A DNA stretch of 34,548 bases from a virus (Duplodnaviria > Heunggongvirae > Uroviricota > Caudoviricetes). The notes under the pieces are model-generated. The model was not told the origin of the DNA and did no database searches. It was given only the letters and a program-made list of their open reading frames with translations. The translations under genes and the position numbers were made by a program. The DNA is taken from the IMG/VR virus record IMGVR_UViG_2563366980_000013; one strand, given 5' to 3'. Shown piece after piece: positions 1 to 9,497 of the stretch. The stretch's first letter is position 1. The number at the start of each line of letters is the position of its first letter.

Positions 1-399
1 TTGTACGGTGCCTTTTGCCGTCAGCGAGGCAGCAGGCACTCCCGTTATCTGACTCCACGGGTGAGTGTGGCTGACGGGCGCCTTGCCGGCTGCAAGGTCG
101 TATGCAGCCTTGACGGCTTTTGGTGTGGCGGCCAGCGTTTCAGAGGTGCTGTTGGTGGCACTGCTCAGTTGGGTGAACCCCTTAGCTGTCAGTGTCGCGT
201 CCGGGTGGTTACGGGAACGTACGTGTTCAGCCAGTGACTGTGCGGCTTCCTCCGTTTTTTTCTTCAGCCATTTCGTCCTGTTTGCCAGTTGCCGGGGGGC
301 TCGATTTGATATCCCGTCAGCACCACCCAGAACCGGATCTGATGTCTCCAGTTGATAGATATTTTCTTCCCACTTTTCTGTTTCATTCAGGTTTCCCAT
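1..399 (-). CDS. Tail fibre protein, N-terminal part (gene continues beyond window start)
   Basis: By identity with the duplicated copy (ORF 998..1384) the frame starts at ATG 397-399 just after the gp48-like stop; the duplicated part contains the motif QLSSATNSTSETLAATPKAVK and an HTHPWSQITG-type repeat typical of side tail fibres. No stop is expected before the window edge. Confidence 0.7.
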   Translation of the reverse strand, partial: MGNLNETEKWEENIYQLETSDPVLGGADGISNRAPRQLANRTKWLKKKTEEAAQSLAEHVRSRNHPDATLTAKGFTQLSSATNSTSETLAATPKAVKAAYDLAAGKAPVSHTHPWSQITGVPAASLTAKGTVQ

Positions 400-1015
400 A
401 ATCAACTGCTCCCGTGGTTATAACTGCCATCATGGATGGCGGTATTGTTATAGCGAATGGCCACAGACTGATACTCCAGGCTGGCCAGATGGCAGCGGGC
501 CGGTGCAAATGCAGCGAGCGTCTGACGCAGCATCGCGGCCTGATCGTTAGTAATGGGCTGTTTCAGAATAACGCGATAAACCGCCCAGGCGGCTGCATCT
601 CCATGAACAAACAGTCCGTTATAGCTGCGATTGCCGTCGTAACTGAGACGACCTGTGCCTTCAATCAGATCCACTTCACCAAAGCCAAAACGGCGGATAA
701 CTTCCCGGATTGACCACGGCGTCCCTTTATACCGGTGTAGTTCGATGGCTGCTTTTATAAGCATGCGGCGAACATCGTCCGATTCCGCCAGCTCCCAGCC
801 ATCGCCAGACAGTGAGAACTGCTCGCCCAGCCATGGCAGCGCAGAACTGTCGACGATATCGACGAGAAAGACCATCAGTACGCTCAGGTCGATGTTATCC
901 AGCCGCCCTGCCAGTCTTCCCAGCGTCCTGAGACTGATATCACCCTCAAGCGGTGGCGGGAGTTGTAATGGCTCAGTCATCAGACACTCCACTCATGTTA
1001 AGTGTGATCGCCGTA
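37..1015. repeat. Tandem direct duplication, copy 1 (979-bp unit)
   Basis: Sequence 37-1017 reappears at 1016-1996; ORF track gives identical proteins at 65..355 vs 1044..1334 and 402..992 vs 1381..1971 (offset exactly 979). Confidence 0.9.
402..980 (-). CDS. Baseplate/tail protein, P2 gpI / Mu gp48-like (copy B)
   Basis: 192-aa product from ATG (fifth residue of track ORF 402..992); position after the J-like gene and before the tail fibre; identical to copy A. Confidence 0.7.
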   Translation of the reverse strand: MTEPLQLPPPLEGDISLRTLGRLAGRLDNIDLSVLMVFLVDIVDSSALPWLGEQFSLSGDGWELAESDDVRRMLIKAAIELHRYKGTPWSIREVIRRFGFGEVDLIEGTGRLSYDGNRSYNGLFVHGDAAAWAVYRVILKQPITNDQAAMLRQTLAAFAPARCHLASLEYQSVAIRYNNTAIHDGSYNHGSS

Positions 1016-1378
1016 CACTCCCGTTATCTGACTCCACGGGTGAGTGTGGCTGACGGGCGCCTTGCCGGCTGCAAGGTCGTATGCAGCCTTGACGGCTTTT
1101 GGTGTGGCGGCCAGCGTTTCAGAGGTGCTGTTGGTGGCACTGCTCAGTTGGGTGAACCCCTTAGCTGTCAGTGTCGCGTCCGGGTGGTTACGGGAACGTA
1201 CGTGTTCAGCCAGTGACTGTGCGGCTTCCTCCGTTTTTTTCTTCAGCCATTTCGTCCTGTTTGCCAGTTGCCGGGGGGCTCGATTTGATATCCCGTCAGC
1301 ACCACCCAGAACCGGATCTGATGTCTCCAGTTGATAGATATTTTCTTCCCACTTTTCTGTTTCATTCAGGTTTCCCAT
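998..1378 (-). pseudogene. Truncated 5' fragment of tail fibre gene created by the tandem duplication
   Basis: First ~122 codons identical to the tail fibre start in copy 1, then the reading frame crosses the duplication junction and stops after 6 unrelated codons (..VYGDHT*). Confidence 0.6.
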
Positions 1379-1994
1379 AATCAACTGCTCCCGTGGTTAT
1401 AACTGCCATCATGGATGGCGGTATTGTTATAGCGAATGGCCACAGACTGATACTCCAGGCTGGCCAGATGGCAGCGGGCCGGTGCAAATGCAGCGAGCGT
1501 CTGACGCAGCATCGCGGCCTGATCGTTAGTAATGGGCTGTTTCAGAATAACGCGATAAACCGCCCAGGCGGCTGCATCTCCATGAACAAACAGTCCGTTA
1601 TAGCTGCGATTGCCGTCGTAACTGAGACGACCTGTGCCTTCAATCAGATCCACTTCACCAAAGCCAAAACGGCGGATAACTTCCCGGATTGACCACGGCG
1701 TCCCTTTATACCGGTGTAGTTCGATGGCTGCTTTTATAAGCATGCGGCGAACATCGTCCGATTCCGCCAGCTCCCAGCCATCGCCAGACAGTGAGAACTG
1801 CTCGCCCAGCCATGGCAGCGCAGAACTGTCGACGATATCGACGAGAAAGACCATCAGTACGCTCAGGTCGATGTTATCCAGCCGCCCTGCCAGTCTTCCC
1901 AGCGTCCTGAGACTGATATCACCCTCAAGCGGTGGCGGGAGTTGTAATGGCTCAGTCATCAGACACTCCACTCATGTTAAGTGTGATCGCCGTA
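1016..1994. repeat. Tandem direct duplication, copy 2 (979-bp unit)
   Basis: Same as copy 1; the junction at 1016/1017 shares a 2-bp 'ca' microhomology with the distal end at 1995/1996. Confidence 0.9.
1381..1959 (-). CDS. Baseplate/tail protein, P2 gpI / Mu gp48-like (copy A)
   Basis: Identical to copy B; its start ATGACTGA overlaps the stop of the upstream J-like gene (translational coupling). Confidence 0.7.
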   Translation of the reverse strand: MTEPLQLPPPLEGDISLRTLGRLAGRLDNIDLSVLMVFLVDIVDSSALPWLGEQFSLSGDGWELAESDDVRRMLIKAAIELHRYKGTPWSIREVIRRFGFGEVDLIEGTGRLSYDGNRSYNGLFVHGDAAAWAVYRVILKQPITNDQAAMLRQTLAAFAPARCHLASLEYQSVAIRYNNTAIHDGSYNHGSS

Positions 1995-3055
1995 CAGTTT
2001 GCCCATTCGTTTTCTGCCACCACCCTCAGTGCCGGTGTCACCAGTTCAACCTGGTACACCCCGGAAACGGACAATGCACTGATAATCTGGCTGGGGACAA
2101 TATCGCGTCCCAGCGTGGCGGCACGTGATGCCACCCAGTTCTGTATGGCGCTGTTAGCGGCATCTTTTACAGACCTGGCATCCTGATCACGATAGATCGT
2201 AATCCTGGCTTCAATGGTGTAATCCACCTTCACTGGTGTTTTAGCCCGCACTGTATCAGTGAGTGGCCTGACTTTCTCATCAGAGCAGAAACTCTCTACC
2301 AGCGTGAGAACACCGCCGTCCGGCAGACCGGTACTGAGCAGCGGATACAGATCTACGGTCCCGGGAACCGGGGAAAGCACAGCAACATCGACAATGTTGG
2401 GATGGGCCTGCATGGCATGAAAGCGGTATGCGCCACGGCTTCCGGCATTGGTGAATGACTCCGGGGCCAGCCTGATACGCTCCCGGAGCCTGTCATCGTC
2501 TTCCTGTTCTGAACCGCCGGAACTGGCCGTCAGATTGCTCACCAGCAGGTCGACGTTATCAATCTCATCGAGTAACTGACTGACCTGCGCAGGTTGCCAG
2601 CCGTTACCAGCGGTACCGGGTTCGGTACAGGTGGACGTGACATTGACCAGCAGCAATCCGGCCTTCAGTACCACATCTGTATCGGTGGCAAAAATAACGC
2701 TGTCGGAAGCGCTGACGCGGGTGCCTGCCGGGATCAGCACATCAATGGTCAGTGCCTCATCCACAGAGAACTGAAGTGTGGTGGTGGCAGGCTGCGCGGC
2801 AAGGCGGTATACACCAACCAGTTCTCCGAGGTAATCAATCATCGGCTCTCGTGAAAAGGCGACCAGATTCTGCTTTGCTGCCTCCTGTACCGCAACCCTG
2901 ACCAGCATTTCGCGATAGGCCCACAGATCAATCAGCAGACGTTCTGCCTGTGCCGGGTACAGCGTTTTGCCGGTATCCGCTTCATACTTCGCAATCATTT
3001 CTGCTGTGATTTTGTCGGCATCGCGTTCAATAAAATCGGGTTCTGTCAGCGCCAT
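1952..3055 (-). CDS. Baseplate protein J-like (Mu gp47 / P2 gpJ family)
   Basis: 367-aa ORF; position between the W-like and I-like genes; sequence character consistent with baseplate J family. Confidence 0.7.
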   Translation of the reverse strand: MALTEPDFIERDADKITAEMIAKYEADTGKTLYPAQAERLLIDLWAYREMLVRVAVQEAAKQNLVAFSREPMIDYLGELVGVYRLAAQPATTTLQFSVDEALTIDVLIPAGTRVSASDSVIFATDTDVVLKAGLLLVNVTSTCTEPGTAGNGWQPAQVSQLLDEIDNVDLLVSNLTASSGGSEQEDDDRLRERIRLAPESFTNAGSRGAYRFHAMQAHPNIVDVAVLSPVPGTVDLYPLLSTGLPDGGVLTLVESFCSDEKVRPLTDTVRAKTPVKVDYTIEARITIYRDQDARSVKDAANSAIQNWVASRAATLGRDIVPSQIISALSVSGVYQVELVTPALRVVAENEWANCTAITLNMSGVSDD

Positions 3056-3393
3056 AGCAGCTCCTGAGTCCGGGTCTGTCCGTCTGAGCCTTTCCAGCTC
3101 ACCCGGAGCGTAAGATGTTCGCCGTCGACGGCGGGTTTAACTGACATAAGCTGGCAGCGGGGCTCCCAGCGCCGGATGGCATCGACGGATTCGCGCACCA
3201 CATGCGGAATGGCCCGGTCTACAGGCCAGTCGATATAAAGATGCAGATTGCTGCCGAACTCCGGGCGATGCGGGTCGCTGCCGCGGGGAGTCCGCAGGAT
3301 AATTTGAATCGCCTGCCGGATATCATCCAGCCCCCGGACAATTTCGCCGGGAGCCTGCAGGGCTGGTTGCCAGAATACTGAGGTCGTTTTCAT
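3046..3393 (-). CDS. Baseplate wedge protein, GPW/gp25-like (Mu gp46)
   Basis: 115-aa ORF; size and position typical of GPW/gp25; overlaps the J-like start. Confidence 0.65.
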   Translation of the reverse strand: MKTTSVFWQPALQAPGEIVRGLDDIRQAIQIILRTPRGSDPHRPEFGSNLHLYIDWPVDRAIPHVVRESVDAIRRWEPRCQLMSVKPAVDGEHLTLRVSWKGSDGQTRTQELLWR

Positions 3394-3447
3394 GGGGGCA
3401 GTATTGCCCCCGTGCGGGAACGCTGATATTAAAGGCGTTTAAGAAGC

Positions 3448-4044
3448 TCAGTGGGAGTGGTGGCTGGAGTTTTCGCCATCAGACAGCATACTGCCCGTGG
3501 CATGGGCATTCCCTTTAATCTCGATATTGCCATGGATGGTCGCGGTAACACCTTTACCACCAGAACCCGCCATGCCTCCTTCGTAAATCAGCTTACCCCT
3601 GACACGCAGATCTCCGGTAAGTTCGGTTTCCGGTGCGTCAATCGTGGCTTTCTGTGTTTTCAATACCACATCAGCACCACACTCAATGACAATATGCTCA
3701 ATGCCGCCCCGGATGGTCAGAGTGTGCGTCTTCCGGTTGTAGCTGTACTCTGCACCATCAGCAAACCGGGTTCCCCGGATATTTTTGTCACTGAACGGTG
3801 GTTTATCGACGTCTGAGTACACCGCGCCCAGAATAACACCATCCTCGCCGTTGGCATCGAGCAGCACCTCAACCTGCTCCCCCACGTCAGGGAGCCAGTA
3901 ATCTTTGTTATCCTGGGTATTGCGCTGCAGCACGTTAAGCCAGTTTGTGCGCAGGTTATCGCATTCAGGCAGACGAACGCGGGCCTGAACCCTGTCGGCA
4001 TCAACGGCACTGACCGTACCGACCTGACGAGTGACACCAGTCAT
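3448..4044 (-). CDS. Baseplate assembly protein V / spike (Mu gp45-like)
   Basis: 198-aa ORF with a Gly-rich C-terminal part; position after the gpD-like gene. Confidence 0.65.
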   Translation of the reverse strand: MTGVTRQVGTVSAVDADRVQARVRLPECDNLRTNWLNVLQRNTQDNKDYWLPDVGEQVEVLLDANGEDGVILGAVYSDVDKPPFSDKNIRGTRFADGAEYSYNRKTHTLTIRGGIEHIVIECGADVVLKTQKATIDAPETELTGDLRVRGKLIYEGGMAGSGGKGVTATIHGNIEIKGNAHATGSMLSDGENSSHHSH

Positions 4045-5195
4045 TTTTTCTTCTCCTTAATCACCGTCGATGTACTGCCATCCGGGTGATAAACCGTGAG
4101 TTTCTGAGTTTTTTGTTTTTTCCCTCTTGTGACTGGCCCCCGTGCCACTTCCAGCTCTGTGGTGTAGCCGCTGTTACGGTCAAACGCATGGCGGGCAGTG
4201 GTTATGAGCCATGGCCCGGATAACTGCCCAAAACCCACCAGTTCAATTTTGTTGCCTGCTGTCAGTTGAGGTGTTCCCGTCAGCGTCAGGGAGCCGTTCT
4301 GCTGGTATTCGTTATGTCTGGCCAGTGCTGAATCCGCTTTAATCCGGGCACTGTCCGGGTCGCTGACGCGGCTGTTAACTTTAAGTGAGTCAGCGCTGGT
4401 AACCTTACCACCTTTGAGCTTTTTGTCGCTTTCACGGGTACCACCATCAGCTTCGTAGACGATCAGTTTTTTACTGCTGCTTTTCTGGTGTTTTACCTTT
4501 GCAGATTTATAGACCCGGTTGATGGTGTCACGCAGGGAAAAGCGGGCCACATCCTGCGGTTTTAACTGCCTGACCGGCTCCTGACTGCGCAGTGTGGCCA
4601 GATGAGAAAAAATCAGCTGGTCACTGACCACTTTCACTGCATAACCATACTCGCTGGCCAGCCGGCGCAGAAAACCCACGTCGGTTTCAGCATACTGGGT
4701 CACCCGGTCGATTCTGATGGACTCAATGCTGCCCACCAGTTTCAGTCGGTGCTTTCTGGCAATCCGCCCCGCAACAGCTGCCAGCGTGGTGTTCTCAAAA
4801 CCACGACTGGTTTTAGTCCGCAGGGCACTGTTAACCGAGGTGGCCACCCCACGGATAGAAACAACGGAAGCGGGCGAACTCACTTCGATCTCGTCTATAG
4901 AGAACGTACCGCAGGACAGCAGCTTCTCGCCCTGATAGCCCATTTTCAGCGTCAGCGTGTCACCCTTGCCCGGATACCATTTATCCAGCCAGCGGCCATC
5001 GGTGTCGTCCAGCTCCACCTCAATGGTATCGGACTCATTTTTGATGTTATCGCTCCAGGTCACACGGGTGACATAAGGCGCGATATCAGAGGTGATGTTT
5101 TTCTGCAGATACCACAGAGTGAACACCGGTGTCAGCACATCGCTGACGCCGGTTAACGCTGATGTGACTTGCGCAGTGCTGTTTATCTCAGCCAT
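4041..5195 (-). CDS. Tail protein, late control D (gpD) / Mu gp44 (P)-like
   Basis: 384-aa ORF downstream of tape measure and U-like genes; GPD-family size and composition. Confidence 0.65.
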   Translation of the reverse strand: MAEINSTAQVTSALTGVSDVLTPVFTLWYLQKNITSDIAPYVTRVTWSDNIKNESDTIEVELDDTDGRWLDKWYPGKGDTLTLKMGYQGEKLLSCGTFSIDEIEVSSPASVVSIRGVATSVNSALRTKTSRGFENTTLAAVAGRIARKHRLKLVGSIESIRIDRVTQYAETDVGFLRRLASEYGYAVKVVSDQLIFSHLATLRSQEPVRQLKPQDVARFSLRDTINRVYKSAKVKHQKSSSKKLIVYEADGGTRESDKKLKGGKVTSADSLKVNSRVSDPDSARIKADSALARHNEYQQNGSLTLTGTPQLTAGNKIELVGFGQLSGPWLITTARHAFDRNSGYTTELEVARGPVTRGKKQKTQKLTVYHPDGSTSTVIKEKKK

Positions 5196-5398
5196 GGGGC
5201 AATATCCTCTTCTGTACGGGCTTCTTCAGCCTCAATCACTGGGATCAGTAACAACAGCCCGGAGGGCAGCACCGGCGTGATGGCCACGTGCGGATTGGCG
5301 GCAATAATCCGGGGATAGCCCAGCGGGTCACCGTAGTACTGCCATGCCAGCGAATCCCAGCGCTCTCCGTCACGGGTAACATGTTCAAGAAACATCAC
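5183..5398 (-). CDS. Tail protein X-like small protein (LysM-like)
   Basis: 71 aa; motif ERWDSLAWQYYGD resembles the P2 gpX family. Confidence 0.55.
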   Translation of the reverse strand: MMFLEHVTRDGERWDSLAWQYYGDPLGYPRIIAANPHVAITPVLPSGLLLLIPVIEAEEARTEEDIAPWLR

Positions 5399-6279
5399 AC
5401 ACTCCTCGTCAGTATTCTGGCGGCCATTGCACTTAATCCCGGAGACATGCGGTTGAATGCTGTGCCGGCGGCGTTAAGCTGCCCGGAAACGGTATCCAGA
5501 GCACCTGCAATATTTCTTTTGTCCACACCACTCAGCGCAGACTGTGCCTGCTGTACATACGTGGCTGCTTCGCTGGCTGTTCTGGCCAGACTGATGGCAT
5601 CGGGCATGGATTCAGAGAGTGCGTTAAACGCCGGAATACTTTTCCCCAGAGCGCCGGATATATTACCCAGTCCGCTCATCAGTCCCGGCACACGGGTCAG
5701 CGCGACAACGGGGTTACCCTTCATTTTCTGCGCCACCCGAACGGTACTGATGGTGGTCTGGAGTACAGACTGCGCCTGTTTCGCATAGTTGACGCCGTTA
5801 CGGACGAACTGCGCCACCCCGGAAGGCGATGGAACAGCACCAGATATGGCCCCGGCACCGGGAACCTGCCTGCGTATTGCCGGCGGTTGCAGAGGATTTT
5901 TCGGGTCACCGGTGTATTCCCGGAGAGACACGGTGGCACTGACAGCCAGCACGTTACCGGTGCTGTCTGTCTGCTCGCTGGTTGCGGTCACATCGGTAAT
6001 CACGAACCAGCCGCGATAGTCACCGTTGCCGAAGACCAGCGCCAGTGCCTGATGGGCCTTCATGGCTGTTCGCACTCTCGCCAGCTCCACGTCGGGCACA
6101 CAATAATGCTGATGGAGGACCAGGCTTATCTGGATTTCGTCCAGCCTGTCGCCGACGAACTGCAGGCCGGGTTTACCCTCGATGCGGGCATGCTCCGCAT
6201 AATCGACGCCAAACGTGGCCTCGAAGCCGTCCCAGTAGGTAATCAGTTCAAACTCAATATCACCCAGTACGGCAAACAT
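5395..6279 (-). CDS. Tail protein, gpU-like N-terminal domain / Mu N (DNA circulation)-like
   Basis: 294 aa immediately downstream of tape measure; N-terminal ~120 aa pattern resembles gpU-type tail proteins, followed by an Ala/Gly/Ser-rich C-terminal region. Confidence 0.5.
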   Translation of the reverse strand: MFAVLGDIEFELITYWDGFEATFGVDYAEHARIEGKPGLQFVGDRLDEIQISLVLHQHYCVPDVELARVRTAMKAHQALALVFGNGDYRGWFVITDVTATSEQTDSTGNVLAVSATVSLREYTGDPKNPLQPPAIRRQVPGAGAISGAVPSPSGVAQFVRNGVNYAKQAQSVLQTTISTVRVAQKMKGNPVVALTRVPGLMSGLGNISGALGKSIPAFNALSESMPDAISLARTASEAATYVQQAQSALSGVDKRNIAGALDTVSGQLNAAGTAFNRMSPGLSAMAARILTRSV

Positions 6280-9164
6280 CAGCTGTACTCCTTACGTTGT
6301 TTCTGAGCCAGCAGACGCTCCAGCATTTTTTCCAGCTCATGCAGGCTCATATTCAGGGCACCAGCCAGCCCGGCAGGCGCTGCGGTTTCCTTACCATTGA
6401 GGAAAAACTGAGGATTAAAGCTGACCTGGATACCACCAGACGTTCCACCGCCGGTTGCAGCTGCACCACGGCCTGAATATCCGGCAGCCATGATTTCAGG
6501 CGAGGGGATACGGGGAACATCCGGTGTCATCTCATTTGCCAGACGTTGCCCTGGTAAAATCGATGCCCGGGTGGAGAGCGGGATAGCGGGCATGGAAGAC
6601 AAACTATTGATTACGGCTCCGATCGCATTTTTAGCAGACGACATAAACCCGTTGATATCGGGCAACGGCATACTGAAGCGAACACCTGAAGTGTTATCCC
6701 GTATTTCTGGCCCCTGAATGCTCACGGGCATTTTGGGGAGCAGTTCACTGGCCATTCGCTGCCCGGCCAGAGCTGCAAGCGGAGTGGTCCGCTGCAGGCC
6801 AATGGCGGCCCCCTGCGCGATATTGTCACCAAAGCCCATAAACACGCGGCTCGGCGAATGAATACCCAGCTTTTCACTGAACCAGCCACTGATGCTGTCA
6901 CCCATTCCGGTTACACTGGATTTGAGCGACTCCCATTTGTTTTTGATACCGTTAATCAGACCGTCGACAAGATGGCCACCGAAGTCGGTGAACTTTGCCG
7001 GCAGATCAACACCAAGATATTTCAGCGCAGCTGCAAAGGCTTTATAGAGCAGACCTGCCGGCGACCAGTTAATCAGCAGCTTACCAGTTCCCGCGATACC
7101 GCCGTTAAAGGCTTCCTGAATGTCAGCCCAGCACTGTTTAAACCAGCTACTGATGCTGTCACCCATTCCGGTTACACTGGATTTGAGCGACCCCCATTTG
7201 TTTTTGATACCGTTAATCAGACCGTCGATAAGATGGCCACCGAAGTCGGTGAACTTTGCCGGCAGAGCAACGCCGAAATATTTCAGCGCAGCAGCAAAGG
7301 CTTTATAGAGCAGGCCTGCCGGCGACCAGTTAATCAGCAACTTACCAATTCCCACAATGCCGCCGTTAAAGGCTTCCTGAATGTCTGCCCAGCGCTGTTT
7401 AAACCAGCCACTGACTGCCCACCAGTTGCGGTAGATAAGGTAAGCTGCTGCCGCGACAGCGGTGATAACGAGACCGATGGGATTCATCATCAGCGCACGT
7501 CCAATCCAGAGAACAGCACGTCCGGCGAGCATAATTCCGCGAACCAGCCAGCGGAGCTTACCGCCTTGCCCCAGTGCGAGCGACAGACGAAGCCAGTTGG
7601 CCCGAAGTAAAACAGCATTTTTCCAGACACTTACAAAGGGGGAAATAAGGAGATTCAGCCCCAGTTTGAGACCAACAGTCGCTATCTTAATCGCAAGGAG
7701 CGCACTGATGAGCTTAAAAGCCCCACTGACAAATTGCGGGTGAGTCGCTACCCAGTGTTTTGCCCCCTGAATGAGTGGAAGCAGTTCCTGAGTCAGAGAA
7801 ATAAAAGATGGAGCTAATTGATCGCCCAGCGTAATTGCCAGATCGCGACTGCTGACCATAAGTGTTTTAGTGGCTTCAAGGGGAGATTTCAGCCGCTGAT
7901 CATAAGCACTGGCAAGCAAATCGTTATCCGCAGCCCTGAGAGCACCGGCACGGATCTCTCGATATCTGTCCATGTTGGCCAGCATCGGGCGGATAAATGC
8001 CATGACCTGCATATCCGCGAACATATCGCCCAGACCAAAGTTTTTCGCCAGAGCCTGAAGTGCCTCATCTCTTGCCGTATCATTCTTTATTTTCATGGCG
8101 GATTTGAAGCCGGCCAGCGCTTCGGGGCTTTTGGCATTGAGGTAACGTTCTATAACACTCAACATCCCTTCAATCGGAGAGATCCCCGCAGCTTTATAAC
8201 TCGCAATAGATCCCTGCAAATCAATACCCAGATCAGCAAACTGTTTCTGAGTATCGCGGGCAAAAATTTTGGTAAGAAAGTTTTTAAAATTATTGGCTGC
8301 TTCGTCGGTGGAACCTGCACCGATTTTTGCTATCTGGAGACTGGCCCCGATTTCAGCAACAGCCTCTTTTCCACTGGCAATACCCGCCATCATTGGGGCC
8401 AGGGACTGCATCCACTTGACCTGATCCGGGATTTCAAATGCCCCCTGGTCACCGGCATAAGCCATAATATTCTGAACGGCACCAAAATCTCTGGCCGCAC
8501 CTTTCAGGGAGTTTTGCCAGACTGCGGCCACTTTTGCCCAGTCCTGAGCAGACGTGCGTGTTGCCGTTGCCGCGCGGGCAATATCCGGCATCAGAAAACC
8601 GATATCTGACACATTATCAATATTGTCGCTGATGAGTGAACCCACCGCCTCCTGCAGCTCATCCTGATACTGATTGTATTTAAGCGCCCAGCCTTTTATC
8701 TGTCCGGCAAGTGCATCCCGCGTTTTATTGTCATATTTTGCGGTGATCGACATATCAATCATTTTGTCCTGAAAAGACATGGACTGCTGAACGGCAGGGG
8801 AAACCGTATGATAAACAGTCTGTGCCATGCCATACGCTTCAATCCCCTGACCATACAGCGCCATGCGGTTAGCTTTCAGCGCATCACTGGTAGCGGATGC
8901 CGCTGACAGACGGCGCTGCTGGCGCTCAATTTGCTCCATGGTGCGGCTTACCCGCAGCAGCTCGCTGTTGAGATGCTGCATCCGGGAAGAACCCAGTTGA
9001 CCATAACGTTCTGTTGCACGGGTTAAAGCGTTCTGACGTTCCTGCAGGCGGCGTGAGGTATCGCTCAGGGAATCAAGCGCACGGCGGGTACCGCTCATTG
9101 CAGAACGGAATGTGCTGCCAATCATCCCGCCGATAACAACGCCGACTGAAAACTGTCCCGACAT
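6279..9164 (-). CDS. Tail tape measure protein
   Basis: 961-aa ORF between tail chaperone and baseplate genes; hydrophobic central segment and internal in-frame tandem repeats. Confidence 0.85.
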   Translation of the reverse strand: MSGQFSVGVVIGGMIGSTFRSAMSGTRRALDSLSDTSRRLQERQNALTRATERYGQLGSSRMQHLNSELLRVSRTMEQIERQQRRLSAASATSDALKANRMALYGQGIEAYGMAQTVYHTVSPAVQQSMSFQDKMIDMSITAKYDNKTRDALAGQIKGWALKYNQYQDELQEAVGSLISDNIDNVSDIGFLMPDIARAATATRTSAQDWAKVAAVWQNSLKGAARDFGAVQNIMAYAGDQGAFEIPDQVKWMQSLAPMMAGIASGKEAVAEIGASLQIAKIGAGSTDEAANNFKNFLTKIFARDTQKQFADLGIDLQGSIASYKAAGISPIEGMLSVIERYLNAKSPEALAGFKSAMKIKNDTARDEALQALAKNFGLGDMFADMQVMAFIRPMLANMDRYREIRAGALRAADNDLLASAYDQRLKSPLEATKTLMVSSRDLAITLGDQLAPSFISLTQELLPLIQGAKHWVATHPQFVSGAFKLISALLAIKIATVGLKLGLNLLISPFVSVWKNAVLLRANWLRLSLALGQGGKLRWLVRGIMLAGRAVLWIGRALMMNPIGLVITAVAAAAYLIYRNWWAVSGWFKQRWADIQEAFNGGIVGIGKLLINWSPAGLLYKAFAAALKYFGVALPAKFTDFGGHLIDGLINGIKNKWGSLKSSVTGMGDSISSWFKQCWADIQEAFNGGIAGTGKLLINWSPAGLLYKAFAAALKYLGVDLPAKFTDFGGHLVDGLINGIKNKWESLKSSVTGMGDSISGWFSEKLGIHSPSRVFMGFGDNIAQGAAIGLQRTTPLAALAGQRMASELLPKMPVSIQGPEIRDNTSGVRFSMPLPDINGFMSSAKNAIGAVINSLSSMPAIPLSTRASILPGQRLANEMTPDVPRIPSPEIMAAGYSGRGAAATGGGTSGGIQVSFNPQFFLNGKETAAPAGLAGALNMSLHELEKMLERLLAQKQRKEYS
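6880..7401. repeat. Two tandem ~261-bp (87-codon) in-frame repeats inside the tape measure gene
   Basis: Protein repeats WFKQ(R/C)WADIQEAFNGGI..KSSVTGMGDSIS(S/G) occur twice in succession; DNA copies roughly 90% identical by eye. Boundaries approximate. Confidence 0.8.
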
Positions 9165-9239
9165 AGTGGTTAACCTCCGGGGAAGGTGAAAAGACGTGAG
9201 GGGATAACGCAGAACAGCCGCTACTGGCGGCTGTCTGTA

Positions 9240-9497
9240 CTATGATTTGTCGCCGTACTCGCTTTTTATTTGCTCTTCAGCCTGCTCCAGCCACATCTCC
9301 AGATCGTCAGTATCGAGGGCATCAATCTCCCCCGGCTGAAACCGGAACCATCTCGCCAGCAGCCCCTGCGCCTGCGTCAGCGCCCTGGTTGCTCTCACCC
9401 ATCCCCGTGATGAGCTGAAATCGTTTCTGTAACTGCAGGTAATCAGCCAGATCCATATTGTCGAGATCTTCCGGGAGAAGACCAGTACTGCGGGCAA
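9240..9497 (-). CDS. Frameshift-extension ORF of the tail assembly chaperone (E'/GT-like); probably not translated independently
   Basis: Open in the +1 (equivalently -2) frame relative to 9322..9657 and overlapping its 3' end; acidic tail (..DALDTDDLEMWLEQAEEQIKSEYGDKS). Confidence 0.45.
   Translation of the reverse strand: MPAVLVFSRKISTIWIWLITCSYRNDFSSSRGWVRATRALTQAQGLLARWFRFQPGEIDALDTDDLEMWLEQAEEQIKSEYGDKS

Noticed and set aside
1-355. + strand ORFs 1..237, 65..355, 192..401 and their duplicates at 953..1380
   Set aside because: Antisense to the tail fibre gene and duplicated only because they lie inside the 979-bp tandem repeat; Cys/Arg-rich, no coding signature.
7818-8609. 263-aa + strand ORF (and 6858..7610, 250 aa) antisense to the tape measure gene
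   Set aside because: Antisense to the tape measure protein; the + strand 'repeats' are only the mirror image of the tape measure tandem repeat; low-complexity translation.
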